Source: Bacilli bacterium (GTDB lineage: Bacteria > Bacillota_I > Bacilli_A > RFN20 > CAG-826). Taken from it: a stretch of 64,000 bases of DNA. The stretch covers positions 139,388-203,387 of the forward strand of contig JAFRPF010000031.1 in assembly GCA_017429285.1 (NCBI GenBank). The letters are read 5' to 3'. Positions 9,052 through 19,200 of this stretch are shown piece by piece. The position numbers were made by a program, and so were the translations under genes. The notes beneath the pieces were generated by a model. That model was not told the DNA's origin. It did no database searches and saw only the letters and a list, made by a program, of their open reading frames with translations. Each line of letters starts with the position of its first letter. Position 1 is the first letter of the stretch.

Positions 9052-10127
9052 TATAGTTCACCATTCATCTTTGATGTTTGATCATAATGAATTAAGGCAT
9101 CGATAATTTCGTCTAATTCACCTTCCATAACTCGATCAAGTTTTTGAATAGTAAAACCAATTCTATGATCGGTAACACGGTTTTGTGGATAGTTATAAGT
9201 TCTCACTTTTTCACTTCTTTCACCGGTACCAATCTTTAACCTTCTCTCATTACCGATTTCTTCTTGTTGTTTGGCTAATTGATCGGTGTACATTTTAGTT
9301 CTTAACATCTGCATTGCAAGTTCTCTATTTTGGATTTGAGATTTTGCAGTTTGACACGCCACAACAGTACCAGTTGGAATGTGTGTAATTCTAACGGCGG
9401 ATTCAGTCTTATTAACATTTTGTCCACCTGCACCTTGAGAGTGATAGGTATCAATTTGTAAATCGCTTGGGTTAATTTCAATATCAATTTCTTCAGCTTC
9501 AGGCATCACTAACACTGTCGCAGTAGAGGTGTGAATACGACCACTAGCTTCAGTCTTAGGAACTCTTTGAACACGGTGAGCACCACTTTCAAATTTGAGT
9601 TTTGAGAAAACCATTTTTCCGCTAATTTTGAAAGAAACCGATGCAAAACCGCCACTTTCTGATGGATTTTCATCTAACATTTGGATTTTCCAACCCTGTG
9701 CTTCAGCGTATCTTGTATACATTCTAAATAGGTCACCAGCAAAAATGTTAGCTTCATCTCCACCAACCGCACCACGGATTTCCACGATAATGTTTTTATC
9801 ATCATTTGGGTCTTTAGGAAGTAATAATTCTTTTAGTTCTTCTTCCAGTTTTTCTTGTTCTAAGGATAATCTTTTGATTTCTTCTTTTCCCATTTCTGCA
9901 ATTTCAGGATCAGAATCATTAGCCATTTCTTTGGCCCCTTCGATTTCCTCTTCGTTCTTTTTATATTTATTAAATGCTTCAACCTGTGGATCTAAATTTG
10001 CTCTTTCCTTTGAAATATCACGAAAATGCGCCAAATCTTTCATGACGTTTTCACTTGATAATTCTTCATCTATTTCCGCTAATCTTTTAACAGCGAATTC
10101 TAGACGTTGTCTCATACTTTCTTCCAT
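9051..10127 (-). CDS. prfA: Peptide chain release factor 1
   Basis: 358-aa ORF with the RF1 decoding region ([21 protein letters not shown]) and a GGQ motif ([20 protein letters not shown]). Confidence 0.95.
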   Translation of the reverse strand: MEESMRQRLEFAVKRLAEIDEELSSENVMKDLAHFRDISKERANLDPQVEAFNKYKKNEEEIEGAKEMANDSDPEIAEMGKEEIKRLSLEQEKLEEELKELLLPKDPNDDKNIIVEIRGAVGGDEANIFAGDLFRMYTRYAEAQGWKIQMLDENPSESGGFASVSFKISGKMVFSKLKFESGAHRVQRVPKTEASGRIHTSTATVLVMPEAEEIDIEINPSDLQIDTYHSQGAGGQNVNKTESAVRITHIPTGTVVACQTAKSQIQNRELAMQMLRTKMYTDQLAKQQEEIGNERRLKIGTGERSEKVRTYNYPQNRVTDHRIGFTIQKLDRVMEGELDEIIDALIHYDQTSKMNGEL

Positions 10128-10154
10128 AGGTTGTTCCTCTTTTTCGCGGTAAGT

Positions 10155-10163
10155 ATTTTACCA
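10155..10163 (-). promoter_or_regulatory. Candidate extended -10 promoter element for prfA (TGgTAAAAT)
   Basis: The reverse strand reads TGGTAAAAT about 28 nt upstream of the prfA ATG, and AGAGGA serves as RBS. There is no good -35 element. This is a sequence match only. Confidence 0.35.
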
Positions 10164-10267
10164 CAATGTGCTTATTAATAAAAAGGTATGTTGTTTTTTC
10201 TCTTAATATTAATATTAATCTTTAATGAAGAAGAATGATTGTGTATAATCAATGCGGGTGAAATAAA

Positions 10268-11989
10268 ATGGCATATAAAGCTCTTTATCGTACATATCGA
10301 CCAACTACCTTTGATGAGGTTGCTGGACAACAACACATTGTTAAAACAATTAAAAATGCATTAGCGACTGGGAAAATCGCTCATGCTTATTTATTTGCTG
10401 GTCCCAGAGGAACAGGCAAAACCACAATGGCTAAGTTATTAGCGAAGGCTCTTAACTGTGAACATGGTATTGGATGCCAATGTAATGAATGTAAAAACTG
10501 TAAAGCTGTTAATGAAGGTACGCACCCAGATGTTTTAGAAATCGACGCTGCTAGTAATAATGGTGTTGATGAAATTAGAGATTTAATTGACAAAGTCAAA
10601 TACGGCACAATTCTCGGAAGATATAAAGTCTATATCATCGACGAAGTCCATATGATGACTCCAGGTGCCTTTAATGCTTTGTTAAAAACATTAGAAGAAC
10701 CACCGGAACACGTCATTTTTATCTTAGCGACAACAGAACCTCATAAAATTCTTCCTACCATCCTTTCTAGATGTCAAAGATATGACTTTTCTAAAGTCAG
10801 CGATGATGATATAAGAGAAAGAATTAAAACTATTCTTAGTAAAGAAGGTATCGCTTTTAACGAAGAAGCAGTTAATTTAGTTATCTCATTAGCAGATGGT
10901 GGAATGCGTGATGCTTTGTCAATCTTAGATCAGGTTTTAGCCTATTCAGGTGATAAATTAAATGTTCAAGATGTCTTAGATATCTTCGCTCTTGAATCCA
11001 CAGCTGAAAAAATATCATTAATTAATTCCATCCTAGATGGTGATGTTAGTGATGTATTAGGAAGACTATCTTCTTATGTCTCTAGAGGCACAGACATCAA
11101 AAGATTAACTAACGATTTATTATTAATGCTGAAAGATGTTTTGATTTATGAAACTTCATACAATTCAAAATATTTACAAGTCCTCAAAGAGGAAGAAGTA
11201 AGTGAATTAACAAATAAACTTGATAGCCCTAGAGCGATGGAGATGATTTCTGTATTAATGGATACATTAAAAGAATACAAGAACGTTACTTCTATTGTTC
11301 CACTATTTGAAGTTACTTTATTGAAACTTGTTTCAACTAAAAATGTTAGTAGACCACAAGTAATACAAAAACCAGAACCAAAACCAATAGTTCAAGAAAC
11401 CAAGGTTAACGAAAAACCTGTTCCTGCTCCTACGCCAAATCCTGAACCAGTTAAAGAGCCAGAACCAGTTGATTCAGAACCAGAAGTTATAAAAGAAGAA
11501 AACGATGATCAATTATCTTTATTTGAAGATGACTCGGTAGCTCAAGACGAAAGCGTTATTTATATAGAAAATACACAAAACGAAGAAAGCTATTCAATCG
11601 ACGAAAAAACTATGGTTAACATCATGGTTACTTCCAAAAAAGAAATTAAAAATTCTTTATTAGAAAATTGGAAAAACCTGAAGAGATTAACTGCGCATCC
11701 AAAACTAGGAAAGATTGCATCCATGTTATCTGATGGTAGACCATTAGTAGCGTCTAACCAAATCGTCGTTCTTGAATATCAAACTGAAACAGTTGTGGAG
11801 AAAATGAATCTTATTAAAAACCAAAAGGACATTCAAAATGTGATGAGAACTACTTTTGGTAAGAAGATGTTTGTCTACGCGGTTAATAGAAAACAGTGTG
11901 TTGAGCTACAACAAACATACATCAACTTATTACAATTAGGTAGGTTACCTAAACCAGATACAATAGAAATTAAATTTATCGAGGAATAA
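10268..11989 (+). CDS. dnaX: DNA polymerase III subunit gamma/tau
   Basis: 573-aa ORF with clamp-loader AAA+ motifs (GPRGTGKTT, IIDEVHM, SRCQRY) and a zinc module (CEHGIGCQCNECKNC). It has a Pro/Glu-rich linker (KPEPKPIVQ..PEPVKEPEPVDSEPE). TATAAT at 10244..10249 is a possible -10 element. Confidence 0.93.
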   Translation: MAYKALYRTYRPTTFDEVAGQQHIVKTIKNALATGKIAHAYLFAGPRGTGKTTMAKLLAKALNCEHGIGCQCNECKNCKAVNEGTHPDVLEIDAASNNGVDEIRDLIDKVKYGTILGRYKVYIIDEVHMMTPGAFNALLKTLEEPPEHVIFILATTEPHKILPTILSRCQRYDFSKVSDDDIRERIKTILSKEGIAFNEEAVNLVISLADGGMRDALSILDQVLAYSGDKLNVQDVLDIFALESTAEKISLINSILDGDVSDVLGRLSSYVSRGTDIKRLTNDLLLMLKDVLIYETSYNSKYLQVLKEEEVSELTNKLDSPRAMEMISVLMDTLKEYKNVTSIVPLFEVTLLKLVSTKNVSRPQVIQKPEPKPIVQETKVNEKPVPAPTPNPEPVKEPEPVDSEPEVIKEENDDQLSLFEDDSVAQDESVIYIENTQNEESYSIDEKTMVNIMVTSKKEIKNSLLENWKNLKRLTAHPKLGKIASMLSDGRPLVASNQIVVLEYQTETVVEKMNLIKNQKDIQNVMRTTFGKKMFVYAVNRKQCVELQQTYINLLQLGRLPKPDTIEIKFIEE

Positions 11990-11993
11990 TTTT

Positions 11994-12299
11994 ATGAACA
12001 TGCAACAAATGATGATCCAAGCTCAAAAGATGCAAAGAGAACTTAAAAAAGCATTAGATGAGCTAGCAAAACAAGAATTTACTGTTAGCAAAAGTGGCGC
12101 TGTCACTGTCACTATGATGGGTGATGGTTCCTTAAAATCAATCGAAATTGATGATGATGCTTTTGATGCAGAAAACAAAGAAATGGTTCAAGATTTACTC
12201 GTTTTAGCGGTCAATGAACTTCAAGAAAAGATCGAAGCTGCTAAAGAAGAAGTGAATGAAAGAATCACTGGTTCTCGTGCTGGTTTTGGAGCATTTTAA
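11994..12299 (+). CDS. ybaB: YbaB/EbfC family nucleoid-associated protein
   Basis: 101-aa ORF with a family-typical N-terminus (MNMQQMMIQAQKMQRELKK). It occupies the conserved position between dnaX and recR. Confidence 0.88.
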   Translation: MNMQQMMIQAQKMQRELKKALDELAKQEFTVSKSGAVTVTMMGDGSLKSIEIDDDAFDAENKEMVQDLLVLAVNELQEKIEAAKEEVNERITGSRAGFGAF

Positions 12300-12895
12300 T
12301 GAATAAAATTAAATCTTTAATTCGTTTACAAGAATCATTAACTAAACTCCCAAGCGTTGGCAAGAAAAGCGCTGAGAGAATGGCTTTTGCAATGCTTGAT
12401 ATGGATGAGGATGATCTCAATGAATTCGCCGATGCTGTTAAAGATTTGAAGGTTAAGATTCATCTATGTCCAATCTGTGGAAATATTACTGAAGAAGAAA
12501 CATGTGAAATCTGTTCTGATCAATCTAGAGATAGAACTACTTTAATGGTGGTTTCTTCACCAAAAGATGTTTTAGCATTTGAAAATGCCGAAGGATATAA
12601 AGGTCTATATCATGTTTTAGGTGGAACTATTTCAATTTCTAGAGGAAAAGGAATTGAGGATTTAAATATCGATTCTTTATTAAAGAGAATTGATGAAGGC
12701 GAGATAAAAGAAATTATTTTAGCCACAAACCCAACAGTGGATGGAGAAACAACGGCTTTATATCTCGCTAAATTATTGCAAGATAAGAATGTTAATGTTA
12801 CTCGTTTAGCCTATGGTTTGCCAATGGGTGGAAATCTCGATTACGCTGATGCTTTGACTTTGTCAAAAGCCATTGAAGGCCGTCGTAAAATCTAA
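12299..12895 (+). CDS. recR: Recombination protein RecR
   Basis: 198-aa ORF with a helix-hairpin-helix N-terminus (LPSVGKKSAERMAF), a C4 zinc finger (CPICGNITEEETCEIC) and a Toprim region. It has a TAATG junction with ybaB. Confidence 0.93.
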   Translation: MNKIKSLIRLQESLTKLPSVGKKSAERMAFAMLDMDEDDLNEFADAVKDLKVKIHLCPICGNITEEETCEICSDQSRDRTTLMVVSSPKDVLAFENAEGYKGLYHVLGGTISISRGKGIEDLNIDSLLKRIDEGEIKEIILATNPTVDGETTALYLAKLLQDKNVNVTRLAYGLPMGGNLDYADALTLSKAIEGRRKI

Positions 12896-12905
12896 GGAGA
12901 AAAAT

Positions 12906-13526
12906 ATGTTTATTACTCTCGAAGGTCCAGAAGGTTCTGGAAAAACCACTGCAGTTGAATCTGCTGTTAAAAAATTACAAGAGATGGGATATGAAGTTGT
13001 CCGCACTAGAGAACCTGGTGGAACACCAATCGCTGAACAAATTCGTAACGTTATCTTGGATAAAGAAAACACAGCGATGGATTCTAGAACAGAAGCCCTT
13101 TTATATGCCGCTAGTAGAAGACAACATCTAGTGGAAAAGGTTTGGCCTGCTTTAAAAGAAGGTAAAGTTGTCATTTGTGATCGTTATTTAGATAGCTCTT
13201 TAGCCTACCAAGGTGGAGCGAGAGGTTTAGGTATCGAAAAAGTGTTAAACGTTAATTTATTTGCCACAGAAAATACTTGGCCAGATTTAACGTTATTATT
13301 TGATATAAAACCAGAAGTTGGGTTAGCTAGAATCAGCGCTAACGCTGGTCGAGAAGTTAATCGTTTAGATTTAGAAAAAATTGAATTCCATAACAAAGTT
13401 AGAGAATCATTTTTAACTCTAGCAAAAAGATTTCCAGAAAGATATGTCATTATCGATGCTGGTAAATCAAAAGAAGAAGTTGCAAAAGCTACGATGGAGG
13501 CTATCTTATCTCGTCTATGCAAGTAG
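12906..13526 (+). CDS. tmk: Thymidylate kinase
   Basis: Has the P-loop LEGPEGSGKTT and DRYLDSSLAYQGGARG. I moved the start from the track position (12873) to ATG 12906, which is preceded by AGGAGA (12895..12900). Confidence 0.9.
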   Translation: MFITLEGPEGSGKTTAVESAVKKLQEMGYEVVRTREPGGTPIAEQIRNVILDKENTAMDSRTEALLYAASRRQHLVEKVWPALKEGKVVICDRYLDSSLAYQGGARGLGIEKVLNVNLFATENTWPDLTLLFDIKPEVGLARISANAGREVNRLDLEKIEFHNKVRESFLTLAKRFPERYVIIDAGKSKEEVAKATMEAILSRLCK

Positions 13527-14512
13527 CGAAATATTTAGAAAATAAGCAACCTATAATATACCGCACGTTTGTGCGGTCTTTACAAAATAAGCACCTTTCT
13601 CATGCTTATTTAATCAGTGGTAATCCAGGCACACCTCTTTTAGAGGTCGCGAAATATTTAGCGAAATCTATCCTTTGTGATTCCCCTGATCCTTTAGCCT
13701 GTAATAACTGTATTACTTGTCTAAGAATTGATGATAACAATTATCCCGACTTTATTGTTTTAGATGGTTCTAAAAAGAACATCAAAAAAGAAGAAGTGGG
13801 AAATATTGAAACTCAATTTGAAAAAACCGCTTTTGAAGCCAAAGGCAAGATGATTTATATTCTTCACCTCGTTGAGAATATGTCGGTTGAAGCTATTAAT
13901 AGCATTCTTAAATTCTTAGAAGAACCAGGAAGCGAAATATATGCTTTCTTAACTACAAATAATGAAAATAATGTTCTTCCGACAATTATTTCTAGATGCC
14001 AATTATTAAGATTAAAACTTGTTGATAGAAAAGAAGTAATTAATGAAGCAATATCTTTAAATGTTCCAGTGGATGATGCGGAATTACTATCATATTTTTA
14101 TAACAATGGAGAGCTCATCTATGATGTATTAAACGACAAGGAAGAAAAAGAGAATTATGATGATGCGAAAAATGCATTCGTTGAATTCTTAAAAGCACTA
14201 AATGATGAAGATAATAAGAAAGCTATCTTCTATTCGCAAAAATCAATTATCCCTTTAGTAAAAACTAAAGAAAGCGCAAGATTCTTCTTAGATATGCTAG
14301 TTGAGGCCTTTGAAGATTTATTAAATATTCAACATGACAAATCGCCAATATTAAAAAGTTATGATACAATTCTTCAGGAACTCGCCAGAAAACTTTCTCA
14401 TATAGATGAAAGTTTGATTGAGATATTAAAAGATCGTAACTTAATTAATCTTAACGTTAACATCTCATTACTTATGGACCATTTGGTCCTTCACATCATT
14501 AAGGAGAATTAA
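13517..14512 (+). CDS. holB: DNA polymerase III subunit delta-prime
   Basis: 331-aa ORF with a degenerate clamp-loader AAA+ pattern (HAYLISG, ILKFLEEP, SRCQLL). It occupies the conserved tmk-holB position. Confidence 0.8.
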   Translation: MQVAKYLENKQPIIYRTFVRSLQNKHLSHAYLISGNPGTPLLEVAKYLAKSILCDSPDPLACNNCITCLRIDDNNYPDFIVLDGSKKNIKKEEVGNIETQFEKTAFEAKGKMIYILHLVENMSVEAINSILKFLEEPGSEIYAFLTTNNENNVLPTIISRCQLLRLKLVDRKEVINEAISLNVPVDDAELLSYFYNNGELIYDVLNDKEEKENYDDAKNAFVEFLKALNDEDNKKAIFYSQKSIIPLVKTKESARFFLDMLVEAFEDLLNIQHDKSPILKSYDTILQELARKLSHIDESLIEILKDRNLINLNVNISLLMDHLVLHIIKEN

Positions 14513-14513
14513 A

Positions 14514-15389
14514 ATGATAGAAAAAGAAAACTCCATAAATAGTATTGATAATTCCGAATACAGACAATATGTCGGTGTCCGTTTTTATAACACTCAAAGA
14601 ACTTATTACTTCGGTATCAAAGAAGATCTTGAAGTTAAAGAAGGAGATAAAGTAATCGTTGAAACTATCCGTGGTTTAGAACTCGGAGAAATTGCTTTTG
14701 CTCCAATCGATATTGATAAATATGAATCTGAATTAGGTTTAAAACCAATCATTAGATTAGCTAACGATATCGACGTTAAAATATTCGAATCAAACAAAAA
14801 AGACGCGGCTTCTGCGCTAGAAATTAGTAAAAATGAAGCAAATAGATTAAAGCTCGATATGAACTTTATCTCTTGTGAATACACCTTAGATAAGACAAAA
14901 GTTATCCTTACTTACGTTGCCGATGAAAGAGTAGATTTCCGTGAATTATTAAAATCTTTAGCCTCTCGTTTACACACTAGAATCGAATTAAGACAAGTTG
15001 GTTCTCGTGATAAAGCTAAGATGATTGGTGGAGTAGGTATATGTGGTCTACCACTTTGCTGTTCAACATTCTTAAATGAATTTGATGGTATTTCCATTAA
15101 TAGAGCCAAAAACCAGATGTTAGCGATTAACATCCCAAAACTTTCTGGCCACTGCGGCAAATTAATTTGTTGTTTAAAATATGAAGATGATGCTTATAGT
15201 GAAGAGAAGAAAAACTTCCCAGAATTAGGCACCAAATTATTCATCGATAAAACTGAATATACGGTCACCGGTGTGAATGTTATCTCTAAAGTGGTAAAAA
15301 TTGAAAATCAAGAAGACGTCAAATTCTTACCAATTGAAGAATTAAATAAACAAGCTCGTTGGAGAAAAAATCGAAATGAAGAGAAATAA
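14514..15389 (+). CDS. ricT: PSP1-domain protein (RicT/YaaT family)
   Basis: 291-aa ORF with a Cys cluster typical of YaaT (GICGLPLCCSTF..SGHCGKLICCLKYE). It follows holB as in Bacillus. The RBS is AAGGAGA. Confidence 0.83.
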   Translation: MIEKENSINSIDNSEYRQYVGVRFYNTQRTYYFGIKEDLEVKEGDKVIVETIRGLELGEIAFAPIDIDKYESELGLKPIIRLANDIDVKIFESNKKDAASALEISKNEANRLKLDMNFISCEYTLDKTKVILTYVADERVDFRELLKSLASRLHTRIELRQVGSRDKAKMIGGVGICGLPLCCSTFLNEFDGISINRAKNQMLAINIPKLSGHCGKLICCLKYEDDAYSEEKKNFPELGTKLFIDKTEYTVTGVNVISKVVKIENQEDVKFLPIEELNKQARWRKNRNEEK

Positions 15390-16227
15390 AAGTTTTGATA
15401 ACAAATCTCCTCTTCTATATTTAGTTGCCACTCCAATTGGTAACTTAAAAGAAATCACTGAAAGAGCGTTAGAGACATTAAAAGAAATGGATCTAATCGC
15501 CGCAGAAGATACTAGAAACACTTATAAGTTATTATCTTGTTACGGAATTAAATCCGAATTATTTTCACTTCGTGAACATAATGAAGTAGAAGCCTCTAAT
15601 CACTTAATTAATTTAATTAAATCTGGCAAAAAAGTCGCATATGTAAGTGACGCTGGTTATCCTGGAATAAGTGATCCCGGAAACATCTTAGTGAAGATGG
15701 CGATTAAAGAAGGAATTAATGTTTCCACTATTTCAGGAAGTTCAGCTTTTATCAATGCTTTAGTAGCTTCTGGATTATCCACTGATCATTTCTATTTTTA
15801 TGGTTTCTTACCAAAGAAGGGAAACGAAGCGAAGAATGAACTTACCAAATTAGTGGATAAGCCCGAAACATTAATCTTTTATGAATCACCACATCATATT
15901 GAAGAAACTATTAAATTAATGCATGAAGTTTTTAAAAATAGAGAAGTGGTTATCGCTCGAGAACTAACAAAAATAAATGAAGAATATATACGTGGTTCTC
16001 TAGATGAAATAGTTAATATCGACTTCGAATCTTTAAAAGGTGAGATGGTCATAATAGTAAAAGGAAACGAAGAATTGAAAGATAAAGCGGTAGATGAAGG
16101 GATGATTGAAAAGAAACTTAAATCCTTTATGGATAAAGGGGCAAGTAAAAAGACCGCGATCGAAATATTAAAAGAGGAGTATAACCTCCCCAAAAATCTC
16201 GTCTATAAAATCGCTCAAAAACTCTAG
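15376..16227 (+). CDS. rsmI: 16S rRNA (cytidine1402-2'-O)-methyltransferase
   Basis: 283-aa ORF with the tetrapyrrole-methylase-fold N-terminus LYLVATPIGNLKEITERALETLKEMDLIAAEDTR and the ..YESPHH.. motif. Confidence 0.9.
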   Translation: MKRNKSFDNKSPLLYLVATPIGNLKEITERALETLKEMDLIAAEDTRNTYKLLSCYGIKSELFSLREHNEVEASNHLINLIKSGKKVAYVSDAGYPGISDPGNILVKMAIKEGINVSTISGSSAFINALVASGLSTDHFYFYGFLPKKGNEAKNELTKLVDKPETLIFYESPHHIEETIKLMHEVFKNREVVIARELTKINEEYIRGSLDEIVNIDFESLKGEMVIIVKGNEELKDKAVDEGMIEKKLKSFMDKGASKKTAIEILKEEYNLPKNLVYKIAQKL

Positions 16228-16238
16228 AGCGGTTTTTA

Positions 16239-19200
16239 TTATCTTTTGAATTTATAGAAAACGGATTTCTTTTCGTTTTCCATTGCAAAATAAGTATAAG
16301 TAAGTATCGATCCAAAGAACGATAAAACACCCACCATAGAGATATATGAAGATATTTGTAAATAAGGTGTGTAGAATTCTAAAACATAAGAACAGTTACC
16401 AGTGCCACTGATAAATGAAGCAAATCCACCTTGTCCGTTAAATACTTTAACCTTGCTCTTTTTACCACTAGAATCGACCATTTTAAGAGTGAAACCATCT
16501 TCATAAGCTAGACGTGTCATAACCACTCTTTCTTTGTCAAAGTTGGTCTTAAATGTATATTTATTCGCGCTCGATTTTACATCAGTGACTGGATAGTTTT
16601 TGAAATTAGATAATTTATTATTCCAACTAGTAAAACTATCAATATATAAAGGATAAGAACTTCTCATTCTATAATTTCTAGAGGCTAAAATAATTTTCTT
16701 AATTTTAGGGGCAGGACTTTTAATTACTAATTGACCATTTTCATCTAATCCATATTCCGGAGCGGTATAGAAAGTGCGATATTCTTTTCCACCTCTAGTC
16801 CCGCTATAATAACCATCATTATGATTATCATAAGTAACGATCTGATTATTCGTGTCCACTAAATAAACATCGATTTGATATTTATTAGCAAACGTCGCAG
16901 ATAAATAGAAAATGTTTCCATTAGGATCATAGTTAGGAAAGCATTCACCTTTTGCTTCCATGACAGCACAGTAGCGGCGATAGAAATCTCCATTTTCTGG
17001 TGAGGCAGATTTAACAAACGTGTCATTATCTGTGTTTAATAAAGTAACATAATCTTTCGCGGTTAAGTCTAATGATTTTAATCCTTGATTAGAACTATAA
17101 ATATCATAGAAAGTGATCATCGCATCATAATATGATGAACCACCACTTTCTTTATAAGATTCAGTCTTTACATAAGTGTAATAAAATGAAGGAGCTCTAT
17201 TTGGAATATCACTTACTTCAATATCAGGATGGTTGTTCTTAATATCATCCACAATTGTTTCATCACGATATTTATTGATAATCGCTCCTTGTAAATATAA
17301 TTCCTCAAGAGCAAGAACACTTCTTGAAGAGGCGCTATATAAGCCTTCATATGAATCGGATTCATTTGGATTACCATAGGTTGGATAAACCGTATCATAG
17401 GTCAAAGCAAAATCAACATAGTCCATATTTTTATAAACACGGAACTCATTATTAGGCATAGTGGAAGTAATGTCTAAATAATTTAAAGGAACATTATATC
17501 TAAATTTATCTGAACTAGCTTCTTTACGACTCTGATAATAGAAATAGTCATCTTCAACATAGTAATATTTCATACCTAATAAGAAATCTAAATTGTTTCT
17601 CTTTTGGACAAAATGACCGCTCCAACTACCTGGAGCTACGCCTCCAGTAATAGAAGACCAGTTACATATATCAGCGACATTGTAGTTATAAATAGAATGG
17701 AAGAAAGATGCTCCATTATAGTTATTTCTCATCTCATCATTTGAAGCATCGCTAGAAGCTAAGGAAGAGAAACTACGATAATAAGTTGGATCTTTCTTTT
17801 TAGTCTTCTCCACCAATGAATGAAGGACATCATTTTTGATAAATCCTTTGTTTGTATAATAGTAATCTTCAACACCATGTCCTTGAATAACAAAGGAACC
17901 CATCGCTGCGATTTCAAGAGATATAAAACCAGTAAAAAACGCGTAAAAGTTCAGTTTTTTCTTAAATTTTGTGAGAATTAAGATAGAAACGAATAAAACG
18001 ATATAGAGACATTCAATAAGTATTGCTAACCAAATTGGAACTCTTTCTGTATAGCTTTGATTATATTTTTTTACAATCTCATTTGCGGCCCATCCCGCGA
18101 TTAAAGTTAAGACGATTAAAGTTAATCCTCCGATGATTAAATTTATAAAACTCTTATTCTTAATTTCATCTAGGTATAAACCTGTATAAGCCAATATAGA
18201 AGTGGTCACAAATAAGGTCCAACGACTATAGGCTTGTGTGAAGCCATGAAACAAATAATAGAAACATGGGGTGAATAAGGCGAAGACAAAAAACGCTAAT
18301 GGAATAACAACCGAAAAATGTTTCTTTCTAAATGAATTTATAAAAGCAGGAACTAATAACATCATCATCGGTAAGAAGCAATAAGTTGATCCGGCAACGT
18401 TATCATATGTTTCGTTACCATAAACTGTTAAAGGTGTCCCTCTATCACTAGTGACAGGGAATATAAAATCAATAAATGGGTATAAAGATCTAGCTCTATT
18501 TTGATCAGTCTTTCCATTTGCGGTCCAAGAAGTTAATAAATCCATAATTCTTTTAAAGTTATGGCTCTTAAAAGCATCTTTTAAAAACACTAAATAGTTA
18601 TTTCCACTCGCTCTAGGAGAAGTTAAAGCGTGCATCGCAGATGGAAAAACAACCATCGCTGGAATAATAATTCCTACCAAGAAACCAACAAACCCTAATC
18701 CTAAAATTAATAAGTTATCTTTCGTTTTATTTAATCTAATTCTTTGGAAGTATCTAAACATAGCGTATAAAAACGCACACATCACAAAACATATTAAGAA
18801 GAAATAATTTACAAATCCCATTAAGGTGATAGCAAACATCAATACCCAAGGTTTCTTTTCTTTTAGAACTATTTCAACTCCTAATAAGATCAGAGGTAAA
18901 ACAATCGTTATTTCCGTAAAATGGTTAAACCATAAATACCAAGTCATCCAACCTGAAAAGGCATAAGCAATGCCAGTTATTTTACTAGCGGTTCTAGATG
19001 CTCCTAGATAACGCATATATAGGAAGAAAACCATACCAGCAGCGGATATCTTTAAGATGGTTAAAACCGCCATAAACTGGGGGATAAGTTGTCTAGGAAC
19101 TAATAATATTGGTAAGAAGAAAGGATCGAACAAATAATAGAAAGAATTAGATCCAATATTATCCGCACCTAAAAAGGTGTTCTGATCATATAAGACAAAT

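Noticed and set aside
9595-10152. 185-aa + strand ORF antisense to prfA. Similar long antisense ORFs occur at 36223..36672 in mnmE, 42059..42421 in dnaN, 47673..48038 and 48243..48659 in gyrA, 28493..28786 in ppdK, 12863..13174 and 13205..13522 in tmk, and 50090..50377 in serS.
   Set aside because: All lie entirely inside well-supported genes on the opposite strand. They translate to Ser/Leu/Phe/Ile-rich low-complexity sequence and lack RBSs. These are typical shadow ORFs of AT-rich genomes with strongly codon-biased sense genes.
11604-11642. A-runs in dnaX (A6 at 11604..11609, A6G at 11636..11642) as a possible E. coli-style -1 frameshift site producing the gamma subunit.
   Set aside because: The 0-frame reads TCC AAA AAA GAA, so the A AAA AAG heptamer is not in the required X XXY YYZ phase. 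The site lies far downstream (about codon 455 of 573), and no downstream stem-loop is evident.
16127-16330. 67-aa - strand ORF spanning the rsmI/YfhO convergent junction. The 44269..44502 ORF across the recF/gyrB junction is similar.
   Set aside because: Both run antisense through the 3' or 5' ends of confidently called genes. They have no RBS and low-complexity products.
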